NCBI GenBank assembly: GCA_044343885.1
Contig: JBIJDW010000002.1
Location: 1 to 37,250, forward strand
DNA from: Kiritimatiellia bacterium
GTDB lineage: Bacteria > Verrucomicrobiota > Kiritimatiellia > RFP12 > JAAYNR01
DNA length: 37,250 nt
Reading direction: 5' to 3'
Shown here piece by piece: positions 15,641 through 24,038 of this stretch (its first letter is position 1; each line of letters starts with the position of its first letter). The notes under the pieces were generated by a model, which saw only the letters and a list, made by a program, of their open reading frames with translations, did not search any database and was not told the DNA's origin. The position numbers were made by a program, and so were the translations under genes.

Positions 15641-17773
15641 TCACGCCGTGACCTCTTTGAGCATTTTCATGATCTCGCCTTCGAGGCGCTTGATGTCGGT
15701 CTCGATGACCTCCAGCGGGCGCGGCGGCTCGTAGCGGTAGAAGTGACGGTTGAGCGGGATTTCGTAGCCGACCTTGGTCTTGGCGGTGTCGATCCATGCG
15801 TCGGGCACATGGGGCAGCACTTCGCGTTTGAAGTAGGCATCGATGCTTTCCTTAAGCGGCACGGTCTCCGTGTCGCGCAGGTCGGCGTCCGGTTCGGGCT
15901 GGCCTTCGCGGTCGCGGCAGATTTCGGCGGTCTCGTCGCGCTCGCCGAGGGCGGCGAGCACGGCCTTGAGTTCCGGGGCGCTGAGGCGCACGTCGCTCTT
16001 CTTGCTGGCGGCCTTGAGGCTGGCGAGAAAGGCCTTGCGGTCACGATACAGCTTGGCAGCAGACATGGGCGGGACGCCCATGCCACTTTGCAGGAACGCC
16101 TTGATTTGCTCCTGACGCTGCCGGCCAGCCTCTATTTCATGTTGGCGGGCGGCGATGTCTTTCTTCGCGCTGATGGCTAGGTTTTTGAAGCCGCTCTCAT
16201 CGTCGAGCCGGGCGAGGCGTTCGGCGCTGGCCTGGAAGTTCAACCGCAGCGGGCGCTCGACGGTGATCTTGTGGTAGCCGAAGTCTTCGTTGTGGAAAAT
16301 CTTGCTGACGACGCGCTGGCGCTCAACGGGCTGGTGGGTGACGGGGTCTTCTTCGGTGAAGGTGCGAGTCTGACCGTCGCGGAATTCGCCGAATATTTTA
16401 GTGAGTTCGCCGATATGGTCGGGGTCTTTCTCCTTGTCGGAGGGGTCGCCGATACGGCGGCGCTTGTTGCCGAGGCTTTTCTCCATCTGCACCCAGAACG
16501 GGCGGGCGTCGATGAGTTGCACCTTGGCTTTACGGGCCTTTTCCTTTCGGTTGGTGAGCACCCAGAGGTAGGTGGAAATACCGGTATTGTAGAAGAGCTG
16601 CTCGGGTAGGGCGACGATGGCCTCCAGCCAGTCATTCTCAATGATCCACTGGCGAATGCTGCTCTCGCCGCCGCCGGCGTCTCCGGTGAAGAGGGGCGAG
16701 CCGTTGAAGACGATGGCGAGGCGGCTGCCGCCGTCCTGCGGGGCACGCATCTTCGAGAGCATGTGCTGGAGGAAGAGGAGCGCGCCGTCATTCACGCGGG
16801 GCGTGCCCGCGCCGAAGCGTCCACTAAAGCCGAGGGTGTCGCGCTCGCTCTCGATGTAGCGTTGTTGCTGTTTCCACTCCACGCCGAAGGGCGGATTGGC
16901 GAGCATGTAGTCGAAGGTGCATTTCTTGCCGTCAGCGGTGCGGTCGAAGCCGTCCTTGGTGAAGGTGTCGTCTCTGATAATGTTGTCCGCGTCCTCGCCC
17001 TTGATGAGCATGTCGGATTTGCAGACGGCCCAAGCCTCGTCGTTCCAGTCCTGGCCGAAGAGCTTGGGCTGGGCGTCGGCATTGAGCTTGCGGATATACT
17101 GTTCGGCGACGGACAACATGCCGCCCGTGCCGCAGGCGGGGTCGTAAATGGTTTTGACGACGTGGCTGCGGGCGAGGTCTTTCTCAGGAGCGAGGAGGAG
17201 GTTGACCATGAGTTTGATCACCTCGCGTGGAGTGAAGTGCTCCCCGGCTTCCTCGTTGGATTGTTCCGCACCGATCCGAATGAGTTCTTCGAAGACGTAG
17301 CCCATCTGGACGTTGTCCACGCGGCCGGGCGCGAGGTCGACTGCGGCGAACTTCTTGATGACCAGATAGAGCAGGTCTTTCTCGGCCATTTTGGCGATCT
17401 GCGTGCCGAAGTCGAACCGCTCCATGATGGCGCGAACATTGGGAGAGAAGCCGTTGATGTAGCTGTTGAGGTTCGGCGCGAGCTGGTTGGGGTCGTCGAG
17501 CAGGCGCGGGATGTCGAACTTTGAGAGGTTGTAGAACGGATGGCCGGTGATCGAGCAAAGCTTGTGGCGGATGATGTTCTCAGGCTTGGCCTTGATGGCA
17601 GCGTGCTCTTTCAGAACGGAGGCCTTGGTGGGGGCGAGGACGCAGTCGAAACGGCGCAGAACGGTGAGGGGGAGGATGACCTTGCGGTATTCGTTGCGCT
17701 TGTAGGGGCCGCGCAGGAGATTGCAGATGCTCCAGATGAAGGAGGCGATTTGAGAATGAGTTTCCGTTGGCAT
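15641..17773 (-). CDS. hsdM: Type I restriction-modification N6-adenine DNA methyltransferase subunit (long form, 710 aa)
   Basis: The N-terminus is HsdM_N-like (IASFIWSICNLLRGPYKRNEY). AdoMet motif I is YDPACGTGGML and catalytic motif IV is MLANPPFGVEW. A ~230-aa C-terminal extension follows the methylase core. Confidence 0.92.
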   Translation of the reverse strand: MPTETHSQIASFIWSICNLLRGPYKRNEYRKVILPLTVLRRFDCVLAPTKASVLKEHAAIKAKPENIIRHKLCSITGHPFYNLSKFDIPRLLDDPNQLAPNLNSYINGFSPNVRAIMERFDFGTQIAKMAEKDLLYLVIKKFAAVDLAPGRVDNVQMGYVFEELIRIGAEQSNEEAGEHFTPREVIKLMVNLLLAPEKDLARSHVVKTIYDPACGTGGMLSVAEQYIRKLNADAQPKLFGQDWNDEAWAVCKSDMLIKGEDADNIIRDDTFTKDGFDRTADGKKCTFDYMLANPPFGVEWKQQQRYIESERDTLGFSGRFGAGTPRVNDGALLFLQHMLSKMRAPQDGGSRLAIVFNGSPLFTGDAGGGESSIRQWIIENDWLEAIVALPEQLFYNTGISTYLWVLTNRKEKARKAKVQLIDARPFWVQMEKSLGNKRRRIGDPSDKEKDPDHIGELTKIFGEFRDGQTRTFTEEDPVTHQPVERQRVVSKIFHNEDFGYHKITVERPLRLNFQASAERLARLDDESGFKNLAISAKKDIAARQHEIEAGRQRQEQIKAFLQSGMGVPPMSAAKLYRDRKAFLASLKAASKKSDVRLSAPELKAVLAALGERDETAEICRDREGQPEPDADLRDTETVPLKESIDAYFKREVLPHVPDAWIDTAKTKVGYEIPLNRHFYRYEPPRPLEVIETDIKRLEGEIMKMLKEVTA

Positions 17774-17781
17774 GTGTCGTA

Positions 17782-17810
17782 AGTATAGGACAAACCCAGT
17801 GGCTTGTCAG
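17782..17810 (-). promoter_or_regulatory. Candidate sigma-70-type promoter for hsdM (CTGACA-N17-TATACT)
   Basis: On the reverse strand, CTGACA (17810-17805) is followed by a 17-nt spacer and TATACT (17787-17782). The -10 ends only 8 nt before the hsdM ATG (17773), which implies a leaderless or near-leaderless transcript. Confidence 0.35.
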
Positions 17811-17811
17811 C

Positions 17812-17953
17812 CAGCAATTCTAATTATGACAGCCGCTATCGGGATCCAAATCGGGATCGGGACCGAAATCGACGAGAAAGCAAGGAATTCGACCCCGATA
17901 GCGATAGCGATTTCGATTTCGACTGTACAGATGTGCCATAATTAGAATTGCTG
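17812..17953. mobile_element. MITE-like non-autonomous element (142 bp) with 17-bp perfect terminal inverted repeats and a 9-bp flanking direct repeat
   Basis: TIR-L cagcaattctaattatg (17812-17828) is the exact reverse complement of TIR-R cataattagaattgctg (17937-17953). Both ends are flanked by cttgtcagc (17803-17811 and 17954-17962). The interior carries ATCGNN hexamer runs on both strands and the complementary pair cgctatcggg/ccccgatagcg. No transposase ORF is present. Confidence 0.5.
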
Positions 17954-18007
17954 CTTGTCAGCAACCGAGTTAGAAAAAGACATCAAGGGAAGGGGAAGGA
18001 CCGAAGG

Positions 18008-19273
18008 CTATTTCGTCACGCTCGTCACGGGTATCCAGGCTTCGCGGTTGGCGGAGCGCACACGCACCCATCCGGGGGTGTGTTCAAGCGGGATGACGAA
18101 GGCTCCGGGATAAAGGTCGAAGAGGGGAAGTGCACGATCAGAGGGCGCGAGGCGGGCGGTGACCGACACGCCCACCTCCAGCACCCGTGCCTCGGCGGCC
18201 TGGCTGACGCGGCGCGATGCGGCGACGCCAAGCGCGAGGATGAGGATGCCAACGATTACGGCGGGGATGCGGCGAATGCGAAAGAGCAGGGCGGTGACAG
18301 CCGCCGCGAGTATGAGCGCGGCTGCCAGGGGGATCAATTGGCGGATCTTGGCGACGGTCTCGGCCAGTGCAAGCTCTGGAGTCCGAGCCAGATCCGCATC
18401 GGCGGGCCGCACGGCGGGCGTGGCGTCGATCCGGCGGATGGCCGGTTCGGTCGTCGCGGCCTGGGCAAAGGTGAGGCGAAAAGGTTCGATCGTCGTTGTG
18501 CGATAGGCGACGGCATCGGGATCGAAATAGACCACGCGGGGCGTGGCTACGACGGCGGCATTGGTGGAGAGTGGAATCACAACCTGGCGGATCGAAAGGC
18601 GCGGCGGACTGTCCACACGCGCGGTCTCTTGCGCGGGATAGGTCTTGAAATGGACTCCAGGATCGGGAGGCACAAGTGCGGCGTCGGCCAGCCAGCCGCT
18701 TCCTGTGAGCGTGTATGAGAGCGTTACGAGATCGCCAGGCGCGACGGTCACAGGTGAGGCTTCACCGGAGAGCGTGAAGCGCCCGATCGCGCCTGAAAAG
18801 TCGGCCGGGCGGTTCTGACGGGGAAGGTCGCGGACGCTGAGTCTGGCCGAAGAGATTCGGCAGGTGACCGGAAAGGAACGCATCTGAGAGAAAACGCCAA
18901 GCGAGACCCGCTCAATGACCTGTCCGCGCAGGAGGGGTGAGACGGTCGTTACAAAGGGACGGGTGGCCCGGCCTTCCGCGGTGTAACGCAAGACATCGGT
19001 TGCGCGGCCCCCTTCTGGCCGGAGGGTCTGACGTCCGGCGGTCACGAAGTTGATAAAACGGGCAAGCGAAGGGTCCGGCAATCCCTCGATGATCGGATTT
19101 TCAAGTTCGATGCCGGGGTTGACCGTGACGTCCAGTGTCAGGGTGAAAGGCTGTCCGACAAAGGGCGTCGGCGGCTCAAAGCGCAGCGTGGCCTGCTGGA
19201 TCTGGCCCAGAACGATGGCGGGAATGAAGAGCAAAAGACTGAGCGCCTGAAGGAGACGGAAGACGGATTTCAT
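18008..19273 (-). CDS. BatD-like membrane protein with C-terminal SH3-like domain (BatD/BatE-type)
   Basis: 421-aa ORF with a signal peptide (MKSVFRLLQALSLLLFIPAIVLG) and a BatD-like beta-rich ectodomain. It has two TM helices. The C-terminal segment GAFVIPLEHTPGWVRVRSANREAWIPVTSV looks like a bacterial SH3. It is the last gene of the Bat-type operon, and its start overlaps the upstream stop (ATGA). Confidence 0.5.
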   Translation of the reverse strand: MKSVFRLLQALSLLLFIPAIVLGQIQQATLRFEPPTPFVGQPFTLTLDVTVNPGIELENPIIEGLPDPSLARFINFVTAGRQTLRPEGGRATDVLRYTAEGRATRPFVTTVSPLLRGQVIERVSLGVFSQMRSFPVTCRISSARLSVRDLPRQNRPADFSGAIGRFTLSGEASPVTVAPGDLVTLSYTLTGSGWLADAALVPPDPGVHFKTYPAQETARVDSPPRLSIRQVVIPLSTNAAVVATPRVVYFDPDAVAYRTTTIEPFRLTFAQAATTEPAIRRIDATPAVRPADADLARTPELALAETVAKIRQLIPLAAALILAAAVTALLFRIRRIPAVIVGILILALGVAASRRVSQAAEARVLEVGVSVTARLAPSDRALPLFDLYPGAFVIPLEHTPGWVRVRSANREAWIPVTSVTK

Positions 19274-21474
19274 GACGCGACCTCCCCGCCGTCGCTGGTG
19301 AAGACGCGCGTTGGCCAGGAACGGCTATCCCGGTATTCCTGAAGCAGGGTGATGGCGGCGCTGGTGCCAAAAATGGCGAAGAGCATCAGCCCCGCCCACA
19401 CGAGAGGACGGGCGGCGACGGGACGAAACAGCCGAATGAGAAGGCCGGCGAAAAGAATCGTCCAACCCACCGCAGCCGCGGCGGCCCGGTGGCGGCAGGG
19501 GAATTCATAGTGCCAGAAGAATGCCGTATGAGTCCAGGGCAGCAAGGCGGGGGGCGCGAGCGAGAGCGGGAGCGCCTGCGGCGCGTCACCGGTGGCCGGC
19601 GGCGGATCCAACTGGCCATACGCGAGGCGGAGGTTGGCGCGGGTGGCGGGGGTCGCGCCGAGACGGCGATCAGCGCGATCCAGCGCCGCAATGGCGTTGG
19701 GGGCGTCCCCGGCCAGCAGCAGCGCCGTGCCGAGATTGTAGAACAGCGCGCCACGGGTCTCGCCATCCAGGACCAGGCGGTTGTAACTCTGGGCCGCTTC
19801 AAGAAAATCAGCAGGTAAACGTGCGGTGGCAAAGCGGGCGTTGGCCCGTTCCCAGCCGAACGCGCTGGAGGTCTCGAAGGCGCGGACGGGGGAGGATATC
19901 GAGATTATCGAGATTATCGCTACTATCGACAGTATCGAGAGGTTGTCGCCCGCCCGCCGCTGACGGACGGCAAGCGCAGCCTCGATGGCGGCGAGGAGGG
20001 TGGACGCCTCCTCAGCCGCAGCCCCGCCGTCGGCGCCAGGACGGTAGATCGCCTCGTCGAGACGTTCGAGAAGGGCGCGAAAGGCATCGGCTTGGCGGGC
20101 CGGGACGCCATGGTCGATGAGCAACCGGGAGGCCTCAGGGGGGGTCAGCGAATGACCGGTGGCTGCGAGACGGTCCGTGAGATAGTCGCGGAGCGCGGCG
20201 GCTGCGACGTCGGGCGCCGTAGCGTTGGCGAGGCGGCGTCTGGCGCGGGAGGCGGCACGGTGACGACGGCGCGCCAGACGCAGCGCGCCGCGCCGCCGCC
20301 AGAGGGACCGGCCCGTGACGGCGAGCAGCAGAACGGCGGGGCCTGACAGAAAAAGAGGGAACAGCAGACGGGCCGGAGGCAGGAGCGGCGAGGGGACGTC
20401 CGCGAGGGTGGCGGCCGCAGGCATGGGAGCGTTGTCTGAACGGAGAAAGAGGCTCACCGAACCCGGCGTGTCTGACGCATCGCTGACCACCTGCGTGGTG
20501 GCCCGCGCCTGAACGGGAATGGGCTGCGTCAAGACGGTCTGATAGGTTTTCAATGCCTTGTTGTAGCAGGCGACGCGGATCGGCGGAAACTCCAGCGTTC
20601 CGGAATGGATGGGGCGGACGCGCCAAGTGAAACGTTTTCCCGATTCAATCGTGGTTGTGGTGACGTTGTCGTCGTAGATTCGGAAATCGCGGGTCAACTC
20701 CTCCTGCATCGCGAGCAGCGGCGGACGGAGATTGGAGAGGCTGACGGCGCCGGTGAGGTCGAGCGTGAGGGTGAGCGGATCGCCGACTTTGCAGACCCCA
20801 GTGTCGAATCCGGCATGGGCCGTCAGGTTGCTGCCGACGGCGCCGATGAACCACGCGGGGCGCCCAGTCTCTGGCGGGGGTGTGACACGGACGGTGACCG
20901 CCGGGGCGACGGCGACTATCTCCTCGAATCGGGCTTTTTGATCCGGAGTGACCCCGGTGATCACCGTGCCGGTGAAGGTCATCGGGCCGAAGGTGTAGTC
21001 GCCCTCGGCCAGTGGCGTGTAATTGAGGGTCAGGGCGTAGACCCAGAAGTTCGTTCCGCCGCGGATTTCACGAACAGGATCCAGGCGGAAACGAATGGGA
21101 TTCCCAAAAAAATTGTCGACATAGTGGTTGATCAGGAAAGACGGCTGTCGTCCGGACGCGGCCTTTGCGCGCGATTCAAGAACAGGCTGGATGTCGGATT
21201 GCTGCAACCCCTTGATGTCCGCGATGTTTAGAAAGTCAGCGTCGATGCGTGGCGGACGATTGATATGGATCGGCTCGATGTCGTGATAGGGTGGCTGAAT
21301 CGGCGCGATGGCGATGGCGAACGTGATGCGGAAGGGATCATCCACCAAGATGCGGTCACGGTCGGAGCTGACCGTGACGGATACCGGCTGGGCGAAGGCG
21401 GTTGAGGACAGCATGATCGATATTATCGACATTATCGACATTATCGAAAAAAGATGTGCTGATATCGCTCTCAT
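19270..21474 (-). CDS. BatD-like protein fused to TPR-containing (BatE/BatC-like) membrane region
   Basis: The ORF track gives 737 aa from the GTG at 21483. An ATG at 21474 gives MRAISAHLFSIMSIMSIISIMLSSTAFA, a signal peptide. The N-terminal ectodomain is BatD-like, with TM segments. A TPR-like stretch is FYNLGTALLLAGDAPNAIAALDRADRR. Its position after the BatB/C gene supports the call. Confidence 0.55.
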   Translation of the reverse strand: MRAISAHLFSIMSIMSIISIMLSSTAFAQPVSVTVSSDRDRILVDDPFRITFAIAIAPIQPPYHDIEPIHINRPPRIDADFLNIADIKGLQQSDIQPVLESRAKAASGRQPSFLINHYVDNFFGNPIRFRLDPVREIRGGTNFWVYALTLNYTPLAEGDYTFGPMTFTGTVITGVTPDQKARFEEIVAVAPAVTVRVTPPPETGRPAWFIGAVGSNLTAHAGFDTGVCKVGDPLTLTLDLTGAVSLSNLRPPLLAMQEELTRDFRIYDDNVTTTTIESGKRFTWRVRPIHSGTLEFPPIRVACYNKALKTYQTVLTQPIPVQARATTQVVSDASDTPGSVSLFLRSDNAPMPAAATLADVPSPLLPPARLLFPLFLSGPAVLLLAVTGRSLWRRRGALRLARRRHRAASRARRRLANATAPDVAAAALRDYLTDRLAATGHSLTPPEASRLLIDHGVPARQADAFRALLERLDEAIYRPGADGGAAAEEASTLLAAIEAALAVRQRRAGDNLSILSIVAIISIISISSPVRAFETSSAFGWERANARFATARLPADFLEAAQSYNRLVLDGETRGALFYNLGTALLLAGDAPNAIAALDRADRRLGATPATRANLRLAYGQLDPPPATGDAPQALPLSLAPPALLPWTHTAFFWHYEFPCRHRAAAAAVGWTILFAGLLIRLFRPVAARPLVWAGLMLFAIFGTSAAITLLQEYRDSRSWPTRVFTSDGGEVAS
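19898..19942. repeat. Tandem 9-bp repeat (ATCGAnnnT x5) inside the BatD-like gene
   Basis: The units are atcgagatt atcgagatt atcgctact atcgacagt atcgagagg. On the coding strand they encode LSILSIVAIISIISI, a hydrophobic segment. Confidence 0.8.
21416..21451. repeat. Tandem 9-bp repeat (ATCGAnATT x3-4) at the 5' end of the BatD-like gene
   Basis: The units are atcgatatt atcgacatt atcgacatt atcgaaaaa. On the coding strand they encode the FSIMSIMSIISIM core of the signal peptide. Confidence 0.8.
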
Positions 21475-21479
21475 ACGCT

Positions 21480-24038
21480 TCACCAGTCCCGTTCAGAAGG
21501 CGACATGGGGAGGTTGCGCATCTGCTCGCGCTTGCGCTCGTCCTGCTCCTTTTCCCGTTCCAGAGCGCGGCGGATCATTTCCTGGACATCTTGGGGCGGC
21601 GGCGGTTTCTGATCCTCAGGCTTGGGGCTTTTTTGCTCTTTCTTCTCGTCTTTGTTCTCGGGCGGTGGCGGCGGATCTTTTGGATCCGACGGCTTGGGTT
21701 CCGTATTCGGCGGCGGCTGGGGCGGCGGTTGTCCGGAAGATCCCGACTGTTGATTTTTCGGGAGCAATTCGAGGATGCGCATGAGTTTCTCGATCGCCTG
21801 CTGCTGGTTGGGACGCGGCGTCTGCGAGCGCAGGGCCTCGGTCTGCAGCCGTTCGGTCTCTTCGGCGAGCCGCTCGATTTCGGCGCGAGTCTCGGGCGTG
21901 AGGGTCGGCGCATTGGTGTCGGTCTGGGCTTGCTGCTGAACCTGATCGGCCCATTCGGGAAAGCGCTCGCGAAAGTGGCGGGTGAGGGCCAGCGACTCGG
22001 GTTGCGGCGGACGGAGCAGCCGCTGCGCGGCCGAGTTGAGTGCGTTGGATTGCGTCGTGATCGCCTCGCCGACCAGCGACGGCGGGGCAGCGAGCTGCTT
22101 CCAGAGGGTGTAGGAAAAAGGCTCGATCTTGGACACATCCTGCAGCGCGGACGGATCCATGTCGCGCAGTTTGCGTGTGGAGTCGCGCAGGGCGTCGCGG
22201 GCAGTTTCGAACATTGTGGACAGGGTGGCGCGTTGCTGGTCGTTGGTAATCGCGCCCGATTCGAGGAGCACGCGCTTGAGCGGTATGAGGAGGTCCCCGG
22301 CCTTCTGTTGACGGGCCGCGAGCGCCTCGGCGGCGACGATCAGACGCGGGGCCTCGTTGGTAAAAACGGCTGGGATTTCGTCAAGCAGCGCCCGCTGTTC
22401 GCGGAAGAGGGTTTCTAGCAGGGCATCCGGCTGCGGATTGGGGTTGGCTTTCAGCACGGATTCGATGTGCGCGTTCTCGCGGGCATCAGGAAGGACGGGG
22501 GCGACACGGGAAAGGTTGCGAATTCGGCGGGGGTCTTCGGGCGTTTCGCGCAAGGCGGTCTGAAGGGCGGATGCGGCGGTCTCGAGGTGGGCGACCCGCA
22601 CGTCGGTGCCTTCCCCCTCCTTGATGGCGCGTGACTGGTCGAGGGCGGCGGACCCAAGGAGTTCGGCCGCACGCGGACCGATGGTTCGCGATTGGGTGAG
22701 AGGACGCAGAAGCGCGGCCGCTTCGTTCGGTTTGCCCGCCTTGATCCACGCGAGCGCGGCGTTGTAGAGCCAGGTGGCGGAGGTTTCTGTGTCGGCGCTG
22801 CGCGCGGCGGCGGTGAAGGTGGATGCCGCCTCTTCGTAGCGCCCTCTGCGATAAAGACTCTGGGCGCGGCGGGCCGTGTCGCGGCCGCCGGGCAGCTTGA
22901 CCGGCTCAATGAGGCTTGCGCCATTGGTCGGTGCTGTGGCGGGTTCGCCTGCGTGTGCGGCGCCTGCGAGGGTGAGCACCGTGAGCAGCGCCAGCGCACG
23001 GGCGAGGGGAAGTGACGCGGCGGTGCGGATGCGGGCACCAGCGAGGCGGCCGCGCGACAGGCAGGCGACGGCGACCAGCGTGAGGATGGCGGGCAGCAGG
23101 AAGAAGAGATAGCGCTCGACGTATTGATTCTCCAGAGTCTCCCGGTTCTCCTTGGCGGAGATATTGCGGAGGTGGCGGCGATAGATCGCGCCCAGGGTGG
23201 TGTGGGCGGTTCCGGCGGTAGCGAGCGGAATGTAGGATCCGCCCGATTCGCGGGCGATCGTAGCGAGGGTTGTGTCCATGAGGCGGGTCTTCACCACCTG
23301 GCCCTGAAAGCGGAGGGAGTCGGCGCCGGAATCGCCGGGGATGCTGGCGCCGGCAGGGTCGCCGATGCCGACCGTGAAGATCGGGATGTGGCGCTTTCCG
23401 GCTTCGCGGGCGGCGGCTGCGGCATCACCCGTGAGTTCCTCACCATCGGAAATCAGGAGAATCGCGTTGTGGTCGTCAGTCATTCCTTCCAGGGCCTCCA
23501 GCGACTTCCTGATCGCATCGGCGAGGTCGGTCTCACCCCGTGGGGCTGATTCGGGCGAGATGCCGTCGATCGCCTGTCGCAGAAAGGAGTAGTCGGTGGT
23601 GAGCGGACAGAGCAAAATGCCTCTGCGGCGAAAGGCGAGTAGCCCTGCGTTGTCGCCCTTGAGATCGGCAATCAGGTCGAGGATGTCGACCTTGGCGCGC
23701 TCGAGGCGGTTGGGGTGGACGTCGCTAGCGAGCATGGAGCGAGAAACATCGAGGGCGATGAGCAGGTTGCTGCCGCGGCTAAAGACCGTTTCGTTGCGAC
23801 GGCCCCACTGGGGACGGGCGGCAGCGACGGTGAGCAGGATCAGGGCGGCGAGCGCGAGGATGATCTGTGCCAGGGTGCGAGCCCGTGAGCGCGGCGGCAG
23901 GAGGCGCGACTGAAGCGCAGGCGCAACGAGATCGGCTAGACGCGCCTCGGCACGGGCGGCGGCCCACCACCAGGCGAGTCCCACCACGGGGATCAGTGAC
24001 AGGAGCAGCAAAAGATAAGGCTGAACGAAGCGGATCAT
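21480..24038 (-). CDS. BatB-BatC-like fusion: TM anchors, VWA domain, TPR region and a long helical C-terminus with a Pro/Lys/Glu-rich tail
   Basis: I prefer the ATG at 24038 (MIRFVQPYLLLLLSLIPVV), which overlaps the batA stop as ATGA. The VWA MIDAS motif is LIALDVSRSM. The TPR-like region is AQSLYRRGRYEEAASTF...WLYNAALAWIKAGKPNEAAALL. The low-complexity tail is GQPPPQPPPNTEPKPSDPKDPPPPPENKDEKKEQKSPKPEDQKPPPP. Confidence 0.7.
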   Translation of the reverse strand: MIRFVQPYLLLLLSLIPVVGLAWWWAAARAEARLADLVAPALQSRLLPPRSRARTLAQIILALAALILLTVAAARPQWGRRNETVFSRGSNLLIALDVSRSMLASDVHPNRLERAKVDILDLIADLKGDNAGLLAFRRRGILLCPLTTDYSFLRQAIDGISPESAPRGETDLADAIRKSLEALEGMTDDHNAILLISDGEELTGDAAAAAREAGKRHIPIFTVGIGDPAGASIPGDSGADSLRFQGQVVKTRLMDTTLATIARESGGSYIPLATAGTAHTTLGAIYRRHLRNISAKENRETLENQYVERYLFFLLPAILTLVAVACLSRGRLAGARIRTAASLPLARALALLTVLTLAGAAHAGEPATAPTNGASLIEPVKLPGGRDTARRAQSLYRRGRYEEAASTFTAAARSADTETSATWLYNAALAWIKAGKPNEAAALLRPLTQSRTIGPRAAELLGSAALDQSRAIKEGEGTDVRVAHLETAASALQTALRETPEDPRRIRNLSRVAPVLPDARENAHIESVLKANPNPQPDALLETLFREQRALLDEIPAVFTNEAPRLIVAAEALAARQQKAGDLLIPLKRVLLESGAITNDQQRATLSTMFETARDALRDSTRKLRDMDPSALQDVSKIEPFSYTLWKQLAAPPSLVGEAITTQSNALNSAAQRLLRPPQPESLALTRHFRERFPEWADQVQQQAQTDTNAPTLTPETRAEIERLAEETERLQTEALRSQTPRPNQQQAIEKLMRILELLPKNQQSGSSGQPPPQPPPNTEPKPSDPKDPPPPPENKDEKKEQKSPKPEDQKPPPPQDVQEMIRRALEREKEQDERKREQMRNLPMSPSERDW

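Noticed and set aside
15501-15797. 98-aa minus-strand ORF overlapping the hsdM 3' end
   Set aside because: It lies out of frame within hsdM and the intergenic gap. It is Arg/Pro-rich with no motif.
17826-17945. 39-codon ORFs on both strands inside the MITE-like element (plus strand MTAAIGIQIGIGTEIDEKARNSTPIAIAISISTVQMCHN)
   Set aside because: The start and stop codons are supplied by the palindromic TIRs (..taattATG / CATaattag), so an ORF appears on either strand by symmetry. No SD is present. They are most likely a by-product of the repeat structure.
19898-21451. Short regularly spaced repeats considered as a possible CRISPR array
   Set aside because: The units are 9 bp and directly tandem with no spacers. 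They lie inside a coding sequence and are in frame, so this is not a CRISPR array.
21456-22418. 320-aa plus-strand ORF (also 6550-7329, 15593-16180, 16763-17524, 17948-18718, 29446-30195, 31016-31630 and 31779-32507 on the plus strand)
   Set aside because: All of these are antisense to minus-strand genes with clear family motifs. They are Arg/Gly/Leu-rich and look like high-GC open-frame artefacts.
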